A stretch of 63,865 nt of DNA, the filler included, from Ministeria vibrans ATCC 50519 (taxonomy: Eukaryota > Protista > Filasterea): assembly GCA_943704425.1 (NCBI GenBank). It is 9 parts of 9 records of this genome, joined end to end, with 100 filler letters (N's around TTAATTAATTAA, not from the genome) between each part and the next. Parts side by side here need not be neighbours in the genome. Positions count along the whole stretch, not along the records: positions 1 to 21,329 come from CALSCP010002037.1; positions 21,430 to 47,077 come from CALSCP010001679.1; 7 more parts are not named here. One strand, written 5' to 3'. Below are positions 1 through 22,842 of this stretch, piece after piece. The notes under the pieces are model-generated. The model was not told the DNA's origin. It made no database searches and saw nothing but the letters and a program-made list of their open reading frames with translations. Position 1 is the stretch's first letter. Every line of letters starts with the position of its first letter. A program made the translations under genes and the position numbers.

Positions 1-324
1 AAAGGTTTTTTTTTTTTTTTTTTTTTTGGTTCCTGTGGATTTCGCACACTTCTCACGTGCAAGGTCTAATCAGACTTGCTTGGGGGGCGTTCTTGTCGCC
101 CACCGACGTGCCAGCGGCCAACAGACGTGTACACACTCAGGCCCGGCCGGCTGTGTCGTTGGCTAGTGACTGGTGTCGCACCAATCGACACACACACACA
201 CACACACTCTGTCTCTCTCTCCCTTGCGCTCTGCTCGACCCCCCCTGCGCGCGTGTGTGTGTCTCCCAGTGTGCAATCGTCGGTCTCTCATGCGCCGCCT
301 TCGTTCCTTGCCTCCTTCTTGTAG

Positions 325-2607
<2,283 letters not shown>

Positions 2608-2724
2608 TGTGTGCGTTGTTCTGTTTGTGTGTGTCTCTTTTTTTTTAAAATTTTTTTTTATGCGCTGGAATGAAAAATAAAAAACCGAACCCTGATGAAA
2701 AGATAGCACACAAGTTTATTATGG

Positions 2725-4086
2725 TTAAAAATGAGTCGGCTCAGACATTTCACTCTCGCGCTATAAAATAGATAAAGAGAGTTATTTACATATGATTTTG
2801 TGAGGGAGAAAGAGAGAGTAGTTCACCTTCCACATGTCAATGGCCTGCACTTTGTATGAGCCGGAAGAGGGGGCAGAGGTGTGCCAGAAGGTGCTGAAGA
2901 GAGAGTCCTATTGAGAGTGTAAGAGTGTGACAGTGGAATGGAGTGTGTTTGGTACGTACAACTTTGTTGATTTTGGTGTATGAGACGTTGTCGGTTGAGA
3001 GATAGACGTTGTAGGTGAGAAGAGACTGGTGATGGATGTCGGGCCAAGAAAGGAGTATGTCGGACGGAGAGGCACGGTGGAGGGAGGGCGCAGAGGGGCG
3101 AGCGGGAGGAGCTGGGGGGGCACTGCAAATCTGTGGGTGGGTGGGTGGAGTGAGACAATGGTTGTTATGAAGGTGTATGCTTGTCTTACTTGGATGAGAT
3201 GAATAGAAGGGAGTTGCATGGTGAAGTTGAAGGAGTGTTCGGTGGCGACAGTGGGGATGGCGTGAGGCCCGTCAGCAGTGCGGAGAGTAGCCATGTTGAG
3301 GATGGTCTCGAGCTGAGAGGCAGTTGGATAGACGGGGGAGCCCATCTGCGACCAGGGGTGAACGGGATTGCCATGCTGTGCGTCAAGGGTGAGACGACGA
3401 GCAAGACGCGGGAGAGACGCGGCGACAGTGGGAAGAGGAGACACGCGCAGCGTCATTTCAGCGGAAGGAGCACTTGAATTGGCAGACTGTTGCGAGTAGA
3501 GCGCCAGAGTGGCTGAGCACTCACCGCTCATAGTTGACAGCAGAACAACCTCAAGAAGATGTGTCGTGGACTGCGACACTTTGACTTGTGTATTGCCCAG
3601 CAGTGCTAACATTCCATGAACCAACAGCGATGCCTGAAAGAAGAACAAGGGGACAGTGTGAGAGTGAGATTGGATTCTTCGTATATTCTTAGCGTGTTTG
3701 TTTGATGTACTTTGGGAACGGTCTTGACAGAGCGTGGTTGAGTGAGATTGTACTGAAAGCGAGTCACAAGAGTCCGCATGTCAAAAAAACTGTCGCCTAA
3801 TCCCGAAAGCAAGATAAAACATGAGAGACAATTCGAGTAAGCATCAAACGGAATCGAAAAACAAACACTTTTAGTACCAAAGTTTAGAAAAGCATTGTCG
3901 TTTGAAAGAAGGGAAAACTTTGCATCCTTCATGGGATGAGAAGGGGCATTGATCCAATGGTTGGCAAAGTCAACAATGGCATAGGCCATCATGGCAGGAT
4001 AGCGGATATCACCGCGCCACGGGTAGGGATGCGACCATGTGACCTGAGAGTGTTGACGTACAATTTTTATAATAATAATTAAAAAA

Positions 4087-4123
<37 letters not shown>

Positions 4124-5193
4124 TATATTATGTGTGAGTATGTGCGTGAAGATGAAAGAGAGATAGGGAGAGAGGGAGGGAGAGATGGAGAGGGAGGGAT
4201 ATTGAGTAGAGGCAATTAAATAAAGATTTTTACCTTTGGGTCTCCTTCGTCATTGAGAAACTCCACTTTCGAGGCAAGTTGAGGCCATTTCTGCTGAATA
4301 GTCTTCACAGCAGACGCAAAATTGTCAAAGACGGGCTGTGCATTCTGATGTCCTTTCACATGTAACTGAAGTCAAGTTGGTCAATGACACTTCCTTGCGC
4401 TTTGTGTTCTTACTGCAATGTAGTCAATGCGAACACCCTTTTCGCCCGTAAAGTAGTTTGTGCCGTTTGTACAGTGATTCATTAGCGCAGTGAAATACTC
4501 TTGTGATGATTGCGAATGGATTCCGTCGCCAGGACCACCAAACGTGAGACGACTGGGAAAAGAACATGTTGAGTGCTGAAGGGGAGGTTTGTGTTCTTTG
4601 GCACTCACCTGCTCACGTGCAAAAGTGCATCACTGCATGCGTCGTAGTAGTTGAGCCACCCTGGGATAGTCATGTTGAGGGTATCAAAGTCGTGTGTGCC
4701 TGGTTCGTTCCAGGTCTCGAACCGCCACTGCGCGACTTCATCAAGACCGTAGCGCTCGACGCAGTGTTGGACCACATCAACAATAAGTGTGCGCCAGGCA
4801 TGCACCTGGTCACTGTCCTCGAAGTTGCTCCATTTTCCAGAGGGGTTGCCCATCAGCTCAAAGCCAGGCTGCACGGAGGAACGAGAAGCCGTCAACTCCC
4901 TTTGCGTCCGCCGCTTCTCGTACCTTCAGTCGGTTGGCCACAAGTCTATCGAAGAATGCATCCAGATTGGTGAAATTGTATGCGCCAGTCGCGTTGAGTG
5001 TGACGAGTTCGAGTAGCCAGTGGACGCGAATCTTGTGGATGCGACGCGTGTCAATACACTCGAGTCGGTTTGTTTTCTGCCACTCACCTGAAACGGAGTG
5101 CGGTTGGGAATGCCTCCAATCGTGATGAGGTTCTGCCATTGGTCTTCTGACAGGTCGTACGAAGCAGCTGCCGGATGCGGGGACGGGGGGCTG

Positions 5194-5291
<98 letters not shown>

Positions 5292-5530
5292 GGGAAAGAA
5301 GCAAAGTGATAGAGAGACAGAGGAGAAAGGAGGAGACAGCAACAAAGTGATCGAGAGGTGAGCGCAGCGATGCAAGGGTCCTGTGCTCACCAGAAGCCCG
5401 CCGACTGCCAAAAGGGCTGGAGAGGTCCCAACGTCGACGACGTGTCGATGACCGCCCTTACTTCAAAATTCTTGGGCTTGGCATCCGCTACAGACACAGT
5501 CGCGACGAGTGCGGCGAGAGCGAGAAGCAT
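2725..5530 (-). CDS. IDUA: Alpha-L-iduronidase-like, GH39, secreted/lysosomal, multi-exon
   Basis: Signal peptide MLLALAALVATVSVA; FWQSAGFCPP, IRVHWLLELV, PGFELMGNPSG, WRFETWNEP (acid/base), NDEGDP (nucleophile), LSNDNAFL, RTLVTRFQ; FN3-like C-terminus. Confidence 0.88.
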
Positions 5531-5595
5531 GACAAAAATAATGATGATGATAATATAAATATTATCGAATAACGAAAAAATAAAAGTTCCACTCT

Positions 5596-12307
<6,712 letters not shown>

Positions 12308-12439
12308 ATCGGAGAGAGAGAGAGAGAGAGAAAAAAAAAATGAAAGCTGTGAGGAGACTGAAAATCGATTCGATCGATCACGATGAAACTAAAGTAGTAA
12401 ACCGGGCTAAACCCATTATCCAATCACTCGAATTTGACC

Positions 12440-12996
12440 ATGATGATTGGACTGCTGTTGTCGATGGCGGTGGTTGGATCGGTAGCGGCAAAGAAGCCGC
12501 ACGTTATGATGGTTGTGGTTGATGATCTTGGGTTTGACGATGTCGAGTTCAGGTAGGCAGCGGCGCCCGCCCCGCATGACTGGCTGCCAATTGCGCCTTG
12601 TTCTACTTTTCAGTGTGGGGTTTTTTGGGGTTTGGCATTTGAAACAAACGATGTGTGTTTGATCTTCACAGATCCCATCAAATCAACACGCCCAACGTGA
12701 ACTGGCTTGCCTCCAACGGGGTTATTCTGGACCAGTACTATGTACAATGCGTGTGCAGGTAAGAGGCCACAACGTGCATTTTAAGAGAGGAAAACGAAAC
12801 CACAGATTGTGACTGTCTCTCTGGCGTCCTAGTCCGACGCGCGCAACGTTCCTGTCGGGCCGCATTCCGCTGTACACGGGCATTGACGACTGGATCAAGC
12901 CGCAGAGTGCGTTTGGCCTTCCTCTCAACCTGACGACGCTTGCCGACAAGTTCACTGCGTCTGGCTACGAGTCGCACGCCGTCGGAAAGGTACAGC

Positions 12997-13058
<62 letters not shown>

Positions 13059-13062
13059 GGGC

Positions 13063-13139
<77 letters not shown>

Positions 13140-13416
13140 GGGGGCGACAGGGCGCACGACCACGCAGACTCACGGGGGGGGGGGGGGGGGCGCACTGTGT
13201 AGTGGCACCTGGGATTCTACAAGTGGGACTACACCCCCACCTTCCGCGGCTTCTCCTCCTTCAAGGGCTTCTACAGCGGCGGCGAAGACTACTACTCCCA
13301 CATGAGCAGTGGCGGATATGATTTCCGCTTTGACCGACACGCCAAATGTGGCGCAAACTGTTCTCAACTTGACACAGATGTACGAGCACACACAAACAGA
13401 GTTTTGCTGTTGTTTT

Positions 13417-13457
<41 letters not shown>

Positions 13458-14193
13458 CGTGTGTGTGGTGTAGTCGAAAGGAAAGTACTCCACAACTGTC
13501 TTTTCGGAACGAGCGGTGGAAATCATTGAGCAGCACAACACGGAGACTCCGCTCTTTCTCTATCTGGCCTATCAGGCAGTCCATTCACCCGCACAGGTTC
13601 CATATTTTGTTGTTGACTTGTGCTATACGAGTAGTATGTGTGTGTTGGTCTCACAGTTGTATGCATGTGTGTGTGTGTGTGTGTATGTGTGTGTGTCCAT
13701 GTGCGTGTCGGGATAGGTTCCGTCTTCATATGTTGAGCCGTACGCAAACCGCATTGCCAATTCTAAGCGACGCACGTTCGCCGGAATGCTTTCGTGCATG
13801 GATGAAGGGCTGGGTAATGTGACACGCGCGCTGCGCGCCAAGGGGATGATGGATGACATTGTCATTGTGTTCACAACCGACAATGGCGGGCCCACAACGA
13901 CTGGGGATGGCGTGGGTGCGCAGAATCTGCCCTTGCGCGGTGGTAAGAGGCTCTTGATTTGTGGCGACTCGAGTGCCGAAACGAGTTTTCTCCCTACATA
14001 ATAATTTACTAATCATTGTGTATGGTGCAGGCAAGCATGCCATCTACGAGGGAGGCACGCGCGGCACTGCTGTACTGTACAGCACTGCACTGCGCAAGCG
14101 CAACTACACCAACACCAACATGATGCATGCTGCAGACTGGTTTCCGACCCTCCTCACTGCCGCAGACATTCCTTACGACGATGTACTCACACG

Positions 14194-14231
<38 letters not shown>

Positions 14232-15688
14232 CTTTCTATGTTTTTTTATCACTTCTTTCTCCTCTCTCTATCACTTTGTTTCTTTCTTCTCTCTCTCTCT
14301 ATCACTTTGTTTTTTTCTTCTTCTTCTCACTCTCTCTGTGTCTGTCTCACTCTTCTTTATTCTCACTTGTCATTAGGTGACGTTGGATGGTGTCAGTCAG
14401 TGGGATTCTATTGCAAACAATGGCCCTTCTGTGCGAAATGAGGTATCGGAATTAGAATAGATCAATGGAAGCTAAAAGTGAAAAGGAAACTGAACAAACG
14501 AAAATCCTTAGATTATTTACGGTTGGAATGACGATCCAGTCTCGTCTCGCGCACTGCGAAAGGGACAGTACAAACTGATTCGACCCAATGGCGGAACTCC
14601 CAGTAACTACCAGAACTACTCTGCGATCGACTCGAGCAGTGCAGCGCACATTGGAAACGGACAGGTAAAGACAAAACAGAACGCACTGTGAGCAGACAAA
14701 GCGACAAACATCGACAGACGGCGACACAGAAGATCACTCGATCTAGTCTCATTTTGTTACCCGATCTCATTGCCCAAGCTTGATCAAATTCTTTCTCTGT
14801 CATACGCTGTCTCTTTTTTTTTTCCCGCACACTCTGTTTCCTCTACTGTTGTCCACTTGCTTACGTACTCTTCTTTCTGTCTCTCGATTTTTTTTGTGTC
14901 TCACACACTGCAACCACAATAGTGCGTCGTGACGACTGCACTGTGTCTTCCTGGCGGTGACATTGATCAACTCAACTGCGACTCGGTTGACCGTTGCTGC
15001 TCACTCTGTCTCCAAAACCCCAAATGTGACTACTGGACTCTCAACAATAACAAGTGTTTCTTGAAGAGTGACTCTGGAAAGACACAAAATCCCACTTACG
15101 ATGATCAGTACGAATGCATAGAATGATAATAATTTTGATTTATTGTTTTGTTTTAGTTGTGTCAGTGGATCAGGGCAGAAATCCGTTCCAGCACACAACA
15201 ACACTCACAGTGAGAAAAACAACAAAGATCAACCCAATTAAGCACACTTCAGATTATTCACTCCTCTTTCTTTTTTCTTTTTCAGTGTTGTTTGATTTGT
15301 CTGTGGATCCCAGTGAGCATTTTGACATTGCTGGGACTCATTCTGATATTGTGACCGAGCTCGATCAGCTCCTCACTCAGATTGAGAGCACAGGAATCCC
15401 TCAAGTAACCATCTTACGAACTCAATCGAACTCACTGTGACACGAACACACTTCAGACTTTGATGACTCACTCAAACTTACGCCAACTCACTCTAACTCA
15501 CTCGATCACGCTCTGAGTCACAATTTTTCTCACATTCTGACTACCTTACGCTCTCTGCATACAACTCACGACATTTCTCTTTCTCCCAACTTGGCTCCTT
15601 TTAGGCGACTGATGATCCCGCATGTGGACCTCACAAGACATTCCCTGTTGACCCAATCGTTGGAAAATACTGGGGTCCCTGGTGCTAA
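12440..15688 (+). CDS. Arylsulfatase (ARSB/I/J-like S1 sulfatase) with inserted PAN/apple module, multi-exon
   Basis: Signal peptide; KPHVMMVVVDDLGFDD; CS|PTR formylglycine motif split by an intron; GK|WHLG; TTDNGG; NLPLRGGK; C-terminal LFDLSVDPSEH and YWGPWC*. Confidence 0.92.
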
Positions 15689-15848
15689 CTCCATTTTCTC
15701 AATTTCTCTCTCTCTCTCGCTCTTTCTCTCTCATACACATTCTACTGTTTGGATTTTAAAGACAGTAAGTCCTTTTCTCTCCACACGTGCTTGTATTCTT
15801 GTTTCCTTTCCTTTTTCTCTCCGTTTCGTTCTCTCTCTTTCTCTTCTC

Positions 15849-18597
15849 TCAATGTCGTGATTTGATATCACCAAAATCGCGGACTTTTGGTTCCTTCTTC
15901 TTGACTGCGCGAATCACACCCGTCGGGTTGTAGTCGGTGACACGTCGGTCCGCCTATCACACACAAAGAGAAAAAGACAGAGAGGCACACACGCCAGTGA
16001 GCTATCGACTTTGTCTTTTCTCCTCACTCTTTTTTTTACCTGTCCTTGAAGAGTGCCTGTCACCTCAATGGAAGGCTTGATTCCACGGTTGGGGACATAC
16101 GACCGTGCAGGGAACACCTCGGCACTACACACAAAGGCAACAATCAACTGACAAGTTCTTTGTACAAATTTCCCTCTTTACCGGTTCTCCATTGTGATGC
16201 ACTCGGGAATGGGACAGACCGAAAGACAGATGGCACAGCCCACACACGAGTCGGTAATAGTCGGAATGTGCGTCTCCTTGTCAAACAGAATTGCTTGGTA
16301 GCCCTATTATAGTAGATCAACAAGGATCAATACACAATTCTGTTTCTCTCTCGTCATCTCACAGTTTCTTACCGAGTCATTGCAGGCCATGTAGCACTTG
16401 CCGCAGTTAATGCAAGCATCCTCGTCGACCTGCGCAACCACCTGCGCCGTAATGTCGAGCTCGGTCCAGGCTTTGACGTGCTTGAGACCCGCGCCAATCA
16501 TGTCGTTCACAGACGGCACTTTCCCCTGCACCACGGGCTCTCCGTTGTTTGTCTCTTGGCTCGCACCCACACTCGAGTACATCTCCTCAATCTTCATACC
16601 GGCCTCCTTGCGACGCGCACGTCGCTCCAGCTCGTACACTCCAAAGCGTGGCACCGCATCCGGCTCCTCGCCGACCTTCTTGGGTGCCTTGCGCAGCGTC
16701 TGTCCATCCCACGCGTCCTTCAGGTCACTACGTGAGTGCATGTACAGCTGCCACTTGAGTCCGCTAATGTAGTCGTCCACCACTGTGAAGTCCTGGTTCT
16801 GCACCGCCGAGCAAATCTGCATCAATCCCGCACCCGCCTGGATAAACTGCATTGTCACATCCGCCGAGTCAATGCCTCCAGTTGCCATCAGATCAATGCC
16901 TGGCAATCCTTTGGCAATGCTGCTCACAGCCTAAACAAGCAAACCATGTTTTTTTTAATAGATAAATGCAAAATTCCACATTGAATCGCGTCGTTCACAT
17001 TCTAACCTTGAGTGCCATGGGACGCACCGCGTTTCCAGACACACCGCCGTACGTGGTCCACTTGTTGCCGCCGACGCGGGGCCACGGGACACCGTCTGTT
17101 GGCGAGAGACCCATGAGACCACTGACAGTGTTGATGGCGGTGACACCGGCAGCGCCACCCTCCATGGCAGCTGCCGCAATCTGGCGCACGTCGGTGATAT
17201 TGGGAGTCATTTTGGCAAAGACAGGCTTGCCCTCGGCAACCTCGACGACCCACGACACAATGTCACGCACCACGGAGGGCACCTGACCACACGCAAGACC
17301 CATACCACGTTCGCCCATGCCATGCGGGCAGCTCAAGTTCAGCTCAAACGCATCCGGGTTTGACGGCAGCGTCAGTCGCACCAGCTCTTGCCAGTCCTCC
17401 TTGATCGCCGTGCACATAATTGACGCAATCATAATGTGCTCAGGGAAGTCCTCCTTAAGCTCGCGAATGCTCTGCACCCAGTACGCCGCAGACTTCTCGC
17501 TAATGAGCTCAATGTTGAGGAAGGCACCTTGCTGCGGGCCAAGCAAGTGACCGGCAGTTGTGCCACGAATAATGCGCGGTGACACATTGGTGATGAGATC
17601 CTTGTCGAGACCGTACGTCTTGGTCACCGCAAACGACCATCTATAATTTTTTTTTCAAAAAAAAGTTGAACAAAGACGTGATGAAGAGAAAAAAAAAAAA
17701 GAATGATAATTAATTATTAGTAATTTGAAACAGCATCATGACGTAACGATTCAATTTATATCATCTTACCCCGCTTCAAAGGCACGACGGATCATTTGCG
17801 AGGTGGTGCATGGAGGAGCACTGGCGAGGCCAAAGGGGTTGAGGAAGCGAAGACCGCCAAACTCGACGGAAATGTCGACAGCATCGACAGGGGAGTAGAA
17901 AAGCGGAAGCTGGGGTGAGGGAGAGACGGTGTGGCCATCGAGCGACTGCAGGTAGGCATGCATGTACCAAGAGGCAGTCTTGCCGTCGTTACACGCCTCG
18001 ACCGTGATGGTGGAGCCAGCGACATCGCCACCAGCAAACAGCCACGGCGCACTCAGCGCACCCTGCGTGTCCGTGTTGATCTCGGCCGTGCCCCACTTGT
18101 TCAGCGTGAGTGGCTGCACCGCCTCCACCAGTGCCGGCTCAATTTCCGCACCAAATGCAGTTACGACAAAGTCACACTCGAGCGTAAAGGGATGCTCATG
18201 GTCGGTCACAAGCTCACCGGCGTCGTTGGTGGTGACGCGGGCCATCTCGAGACCACACAGGTGACCGTCGCTCTCGCGTGTGAGCACCTTGCGCGTAATG
18301 GACCAGGGAAGGAACTCGCAGTGCTCGCGGTGCGCCAGCTCAACTTCTTCAGGCACAGCGCGCATGTTGCCAAAGCCACGGCGGAAGATAATGGTAACAA
18401 ACTTGGCACCGCAACGGAAGGCACTCGTCGCACAGTCCATAGCAGTGTCACCCGCACCCAACACAACCACGTGCCCTGACAGCTGCGGCAGCGACGGCAG
18501 TGAGCCACCACTCTTGCACGCGCACATTCCCGCTTTGCTTCCCTCCGAGACCTTTGCAAAGACACAAACAAGAAAAATTAATAATATAATTAATAAT

Positions 18598-18628
<31 letters not shown>

Positions 18629-19469
18629 AGAAAATAACAATATAATTAATAACAATAATAATAATAATAATTTTTATTATTATTATTATTATTATTATTA
18701 ATGATGAATTAAAACCACTTAAAACAGTACCTTTGGGAGAAAGCTCTTGGCAGTAAGAACGCCTGGCGGAGGATTCTCAAACTCCTTGGAGACCTTTGAC
18801 TTGTCGAGGCCACAGCCAAGGAAGACGGCGTCAAAGCCTTTGGTGTCCTTGAGTGCCTGCAGCGAGGGAACGTCGGCCGAGCCCAGAGCCGACTCGTACG
18901 CAATTTTGACACCCAGGTCAGTCATGAGCTTGGCCTCCCATTGAACGTCGCTGAAGGGCAAGCGGTAGCCGGGAATGTCCGTCGCCGAGAGTCCACCAGC
19001 AAACGCATTGCGCTCAAACACAGTGATGTTGGTGTAACCCAGGCGGGCAAGGAAGGTCGCGCATGAAATGCCCGCCGGTCCGCATCCCACGACCGCAATG
19101 GGTCGCGCATATGTTGACGAGTCTACATTTTATCAGCATCAATGAAAAGGGAACGGGCAATGAAAAGGGGACGGGGACGCAATGCGTTTGGTCTTGTCAT
19201 AGTATTAATATCATTACTACATACCGTCTTTGGGTTTGTGTGGGTTGTGAATTTGAGGAATGTTCATCATTTTAAAGCGCTCAACAGCAAACTGCTGAAG
19301 CCCATGGATGTTGATGGGGCCTTCTTCGACTGCAGCAAGGTTGCAGCTGCCCACGCACAGGTCAGATGTAGGGCACACCATGCCACTGGTGAGAGAAAGA
19401 GAGAGAGAGAAAGAGAGCGAGAGAGAGAGAGAGGGAGAGAAAGAGAGAGAGCGAGAGAGAGAGAAAGAG

Positions 19470-19509
<40 letters not shown>

Positions 19510-20806
19510 GAGGAGAACGCAACAAAGTGAGTGAGAAAGAGGGAGAAAGAAAGAGATAGGGGGGGGAGAGAGAGAAGTGGGAACAAAAAAACAAAGTGAT
19601 AGAGGGAAAAACAAAGGGATATAGGTGATAGTGAGCAAAGCGCAAAGCGAGAAGAAAAGAGAGAAAACAAGCAAAGAGAGAGCTATGAAATATATACAAT
19701 CTTTTACCAGGTGAGCCCAACTGGGTTGTCGGAGAGAATCATCTTAGCAGCACCATAGAAGTTCTTGTTGGCTACGATATATTCGAAACATGTTAGAAGA
19801 TATAATCATGATTATGAGATGTTACCAATGGCAGAAATGAATCCCTTGATATCAATCGAGGTAGGGCAACTCTGTTGGGAGACAAAAAAAAAAGGGGTGT
19901 TCAGCAGAGTCAAGAGCACCGAGAAAGGGGCTGTGCACTAACACACCTTCTGGCAGGGCGCATCGACACACTTGAGACAGCGCGCAGCCTCACGCACCGC
20001 ACCTCGCTCGGTAAGGGTGGACAGCTTGATGTCGTCAAAGTTGCCGTCCAAGTCACAGCCATGGCAAGGCTCAACGTTGCGCTTCCACTTGAGCTTCTCT
20101 TTGCGAGTCTGTCAAGCGATAAGGGAGAAAAAAAAACGGTTATGTTATGCACTCAGATTGTGTTTGTTTTAGGACAATGCTTCACACGAGTGACCGCCAC
20201 AGGGCACAAAGCCATCACGATCACATATATTACGCTAACGACCAAACAGAAAAACGGCTGTTTTGCTGTGATTTCAGTGACACTTCTCCGTTTGAATCCT
20301 TTTTTTTTTTGGACTGGCTTTCCCAAACGCGACGCAATGAAACGAGCTTAATAGGGCCTGTGCGAGTGCGTAGATACAAAGGCTGGGCTGCACAGGCACA
20401 CGCGCGTGCGGTCGCCTTGACGCCATGGCGCCCAGGGCAGCGAGAGCGGCGTGGGAGACGCAACAGGGACAGCGCACAGAGCGAAAAAAAAGTCGGCGTA
20501 CTCGCCCGCAGGACACACAGTTGCAACACCACTGGTGCACTCCTTGGTCTTNNNNNNNNNNAAAAAAAAAAAAAAAAAAAAAAAAAACGAATGTGAATGG
20601 AATTGGAGTACCTTTGAGCTGGGGCGGAGGGTGCTGTGCGTCTGCACCTTAGGGTTGAGAGCGAGCAGGTCTTCAATGTCAGCTGAGCTGTTTTGAGAAA
20701 CCTAACAAACACACAAAGAGGAGTTGTGATGATGTCCGCCATGACGTCAGCCGGAGTGCATGCGTACCTTCTCCGTGGTAAAGATGGCCTTGGAGGGATC
20801 CGTCAT
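15849..20806 (-). CDS. DPYD: Dihydropyrimidine dehydrogenase (NADP+), multi-exon
   Basis: [62 protein letters not shown], catalytic [34 protein letters not shown]. Confidence 0.96.
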
Positions 20807-21105
20807 GATGATCTCCAAAAAAAGTTTAAACTTTAACGTAAGTGCGTAACTCACTTTAAACTTCTCACTTTTGACTTTTTCTACCAAAATAGAAGCACAA
20901 TATACAATCCATTTAATAATGATACAGTCACCACGCGAAGACACAGCCTGACAGCCAGACCGCCTTGCAAACTCAACCGAAACTCTAGAGGTAACATGGG
21001 AGAACAGTGGCAGGTCAGAGTGCTGTGTCGACGCTATCCAGTGAGGCAATCGCAATGGTACGCCATACCCCCAGTGGGGGCTTAGGGCTCTGACACCAAT
21101 CACAC

Positions 21106-21235
21106 CATGACGGTGTCTGTCGGCAAGGAGTGTAAAGTCGAAGTCGTGGTTGAAGCAATCGGATCGGTGGTCGGCGGCGGCAAGTCCAGGTGGCTGCGGG
21201 GGCGCTCACGTGGTACACAGGCGGGGCGGGTCGGC
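21106..21235 (-). CDS. Probable last exon of an unknown gene truncated by the contig end
   Basis: CTACAG acceptor followed by a short Pro/Thr-rich frame ending TVMV*; no recognisable motif. Confidence 0.3.
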
Positions 21236-21330
21236 TGTAGGGCGGCTGGTGTGCTTGTTGTCGTGACTGTGTGTTAGATTATGAGAATAGACTCACCCGA
21301 TAGAGATATGGATGGGTAGGGGGGGAGGGN

Positions 21331-21429
21331 NNNNNNNNNNNNNNNNNNNNNNNNNNNNNNNNNNNNNNNNNNNTTAATTAATTAANNNNNNNNNNNNNNN
21401 NNNNNNNNNNNNNNNNNNNNNNNNNNNNN
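21331..21429. other. Artificial contig spacer N/TTAATTAATTAA/N (same spacer at 47078-47177, 48990-49089, 50991-51090, 54683-54781, 57698-57797, 60858-60957, 62380-62479)
   Basis: Identical six-frame-stop 12-mer centred in N runs, ~100 nt total, eight times. Confidence 0.97.
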
Positions 21430-21482
21430 AAACAAAAAAAAAAAAAAAAAAAAACGTCGAAACGACACTCTGGGTGGCTGTA

Positions 21483-21596
21483 CCGCTCCATCCGCGACAA
21501 TGTCAATGGCATCTGGGAGCAGTGAAAGAGTCACGTCTTGCAAACGCGCTCTGCTTCCTCGCTTGGCGGGTCGTTTGACTCGGATGAACGATGGCA
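21483..21596 (-). CDS. First exon of an unknown gene truncated by the contig end
   Basis: ATG-initiated MPSFIRVKRPAKRG...DIVADGA followed by a GTACAG donor. Confidence 0.35.
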
Positions 21597-21961
21597 TTTT
21601 TCCGAAGCTGTTAAGAGAGAGAGAGAGAGAGCGCGGAGACGGAATTGGATGTTCACTGGATGTTTAGGAGACAAACTGACGCACAACCTCAAGGGTAGCA
21701 CAAAAAAAAAAGTGAAAAGTCAGAAGAAATAATCAAATATATCAATGAATGTATTATTAAGATTGGATCCTGAAGCATACACAACAAAACATACACTTAT
21801 AATGACACGCACACAGTCACACACTGACACACAGTGACAAAGAGAAAGAGAAAGAGAGAGAGAGAGAGAGAGACTGACAAACTCACGCAGTGACACAGAC
21901 ACAGTCTACTTACTCACTCACTCATTCACTCACTCACTCACTCACTCACTCACAAGTGCTT

Positions 21962-22842
21962 CTATTGATCCAGCTTCTTGTATTTGCGGTACATGTCCTC
22001 GCCTGCACCGCCTAGCTTGGCGCGCCAGCCGTTGAAGAAGCCCTGGGCTTTGCGCTGCTCGAGCGTCAGCATAGTCGGGAGCGCCGACATGGTCGCGTGG
22101 TAGGGCGCAAAGCCCGGGAACAGCTCAAAGAAGGTGCCGTTGAAGATGTGCTCGTCCTGCGCCTTGTCGAGCATTTCAAACAGAATGAAGTCGACAACTA
22201 CAAAAGATGATCAATCAGTCATCACAATCAGTTGCACAACCAAAACAAACGAGTCTCATACAAGTGATCTTGTCTCCAATGAGAAACTTCTTGTCGCCAA
22301 GGTACTTGTGGATGGGACCAAGTCCTTCCTTCATGCACTCTTGCAGTCGTTCGCGCGTTCCGTCCGGGAAAAAGGCGATTTTGTCAAGCGACCCGTTCAG
22401 ATCAGACAACTTCCCTTCCAACATGGCCGCATGGCCAATTTCAGCGGGAGTGCTCCCTGCCAGGGCCGGGTTCCACTTAGCACAGATGTACCGTGCTATC
22501 GCCGAGCTCTGAACAAGCCTGGTGTCGCCGTCAAGAAGGAACGGAAGATTGGGAAAGTCCATTCCTTTGCTGAACTTAACGCTCATCCACTCGTCGCGAT
22601 TCCAGCGGTCGTAGCCCTCCGCCGTGTCGTCGAAGGTCTGTCCGTAGAGCTCCTGGTGGGGGGGAAAGCCGGCGGGAGAGAGCGAGGGAGAGTTGAGAGG
22701 AGTTAAGTTTGTCGTTGTTTTGTTGTTGATCGACTGTGCACAAACAAACCTCGTCAAAGTCAACTTGACAGTACCGCAGCATGTAGCGCAGTTGAGCCCC
22801 AAGACCACGAACCCTCCAGTATCCGAGAATGGGTTTCGACAT
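21962..22842 (-). CDS. Glutathione S-transferase, mu class, 3 exons
   Basis: MSKPILGYWRVRGLG (catalytic Tyr), mu-loop region EWMSVKF..MDFPNLPFLLDG, QSSAIARYI, FLIGDKITFVDF. Confidence 0.92.

Noticed and set aside
1-324. Possible non-canonical donor for the first eRF1 intron (expected ...GG|A AAC)
   Set aside because: Lies at the window edge next to a long poly-T; upstream exon is not visible, so it cannot be judged
5196-5288. ORFs with SLSLSL, ERERER, HTHTHT, CVCVCV tracts
   Set aside because: Translations of intronic dinucleotide microsatellites
21374-21385. Recurring palindrome TTAATTAATTAA as a biological repeat or recombination site
   Set aside because: Always centred in N runs of fixed length; it is a six-frame-stop concatenation linker
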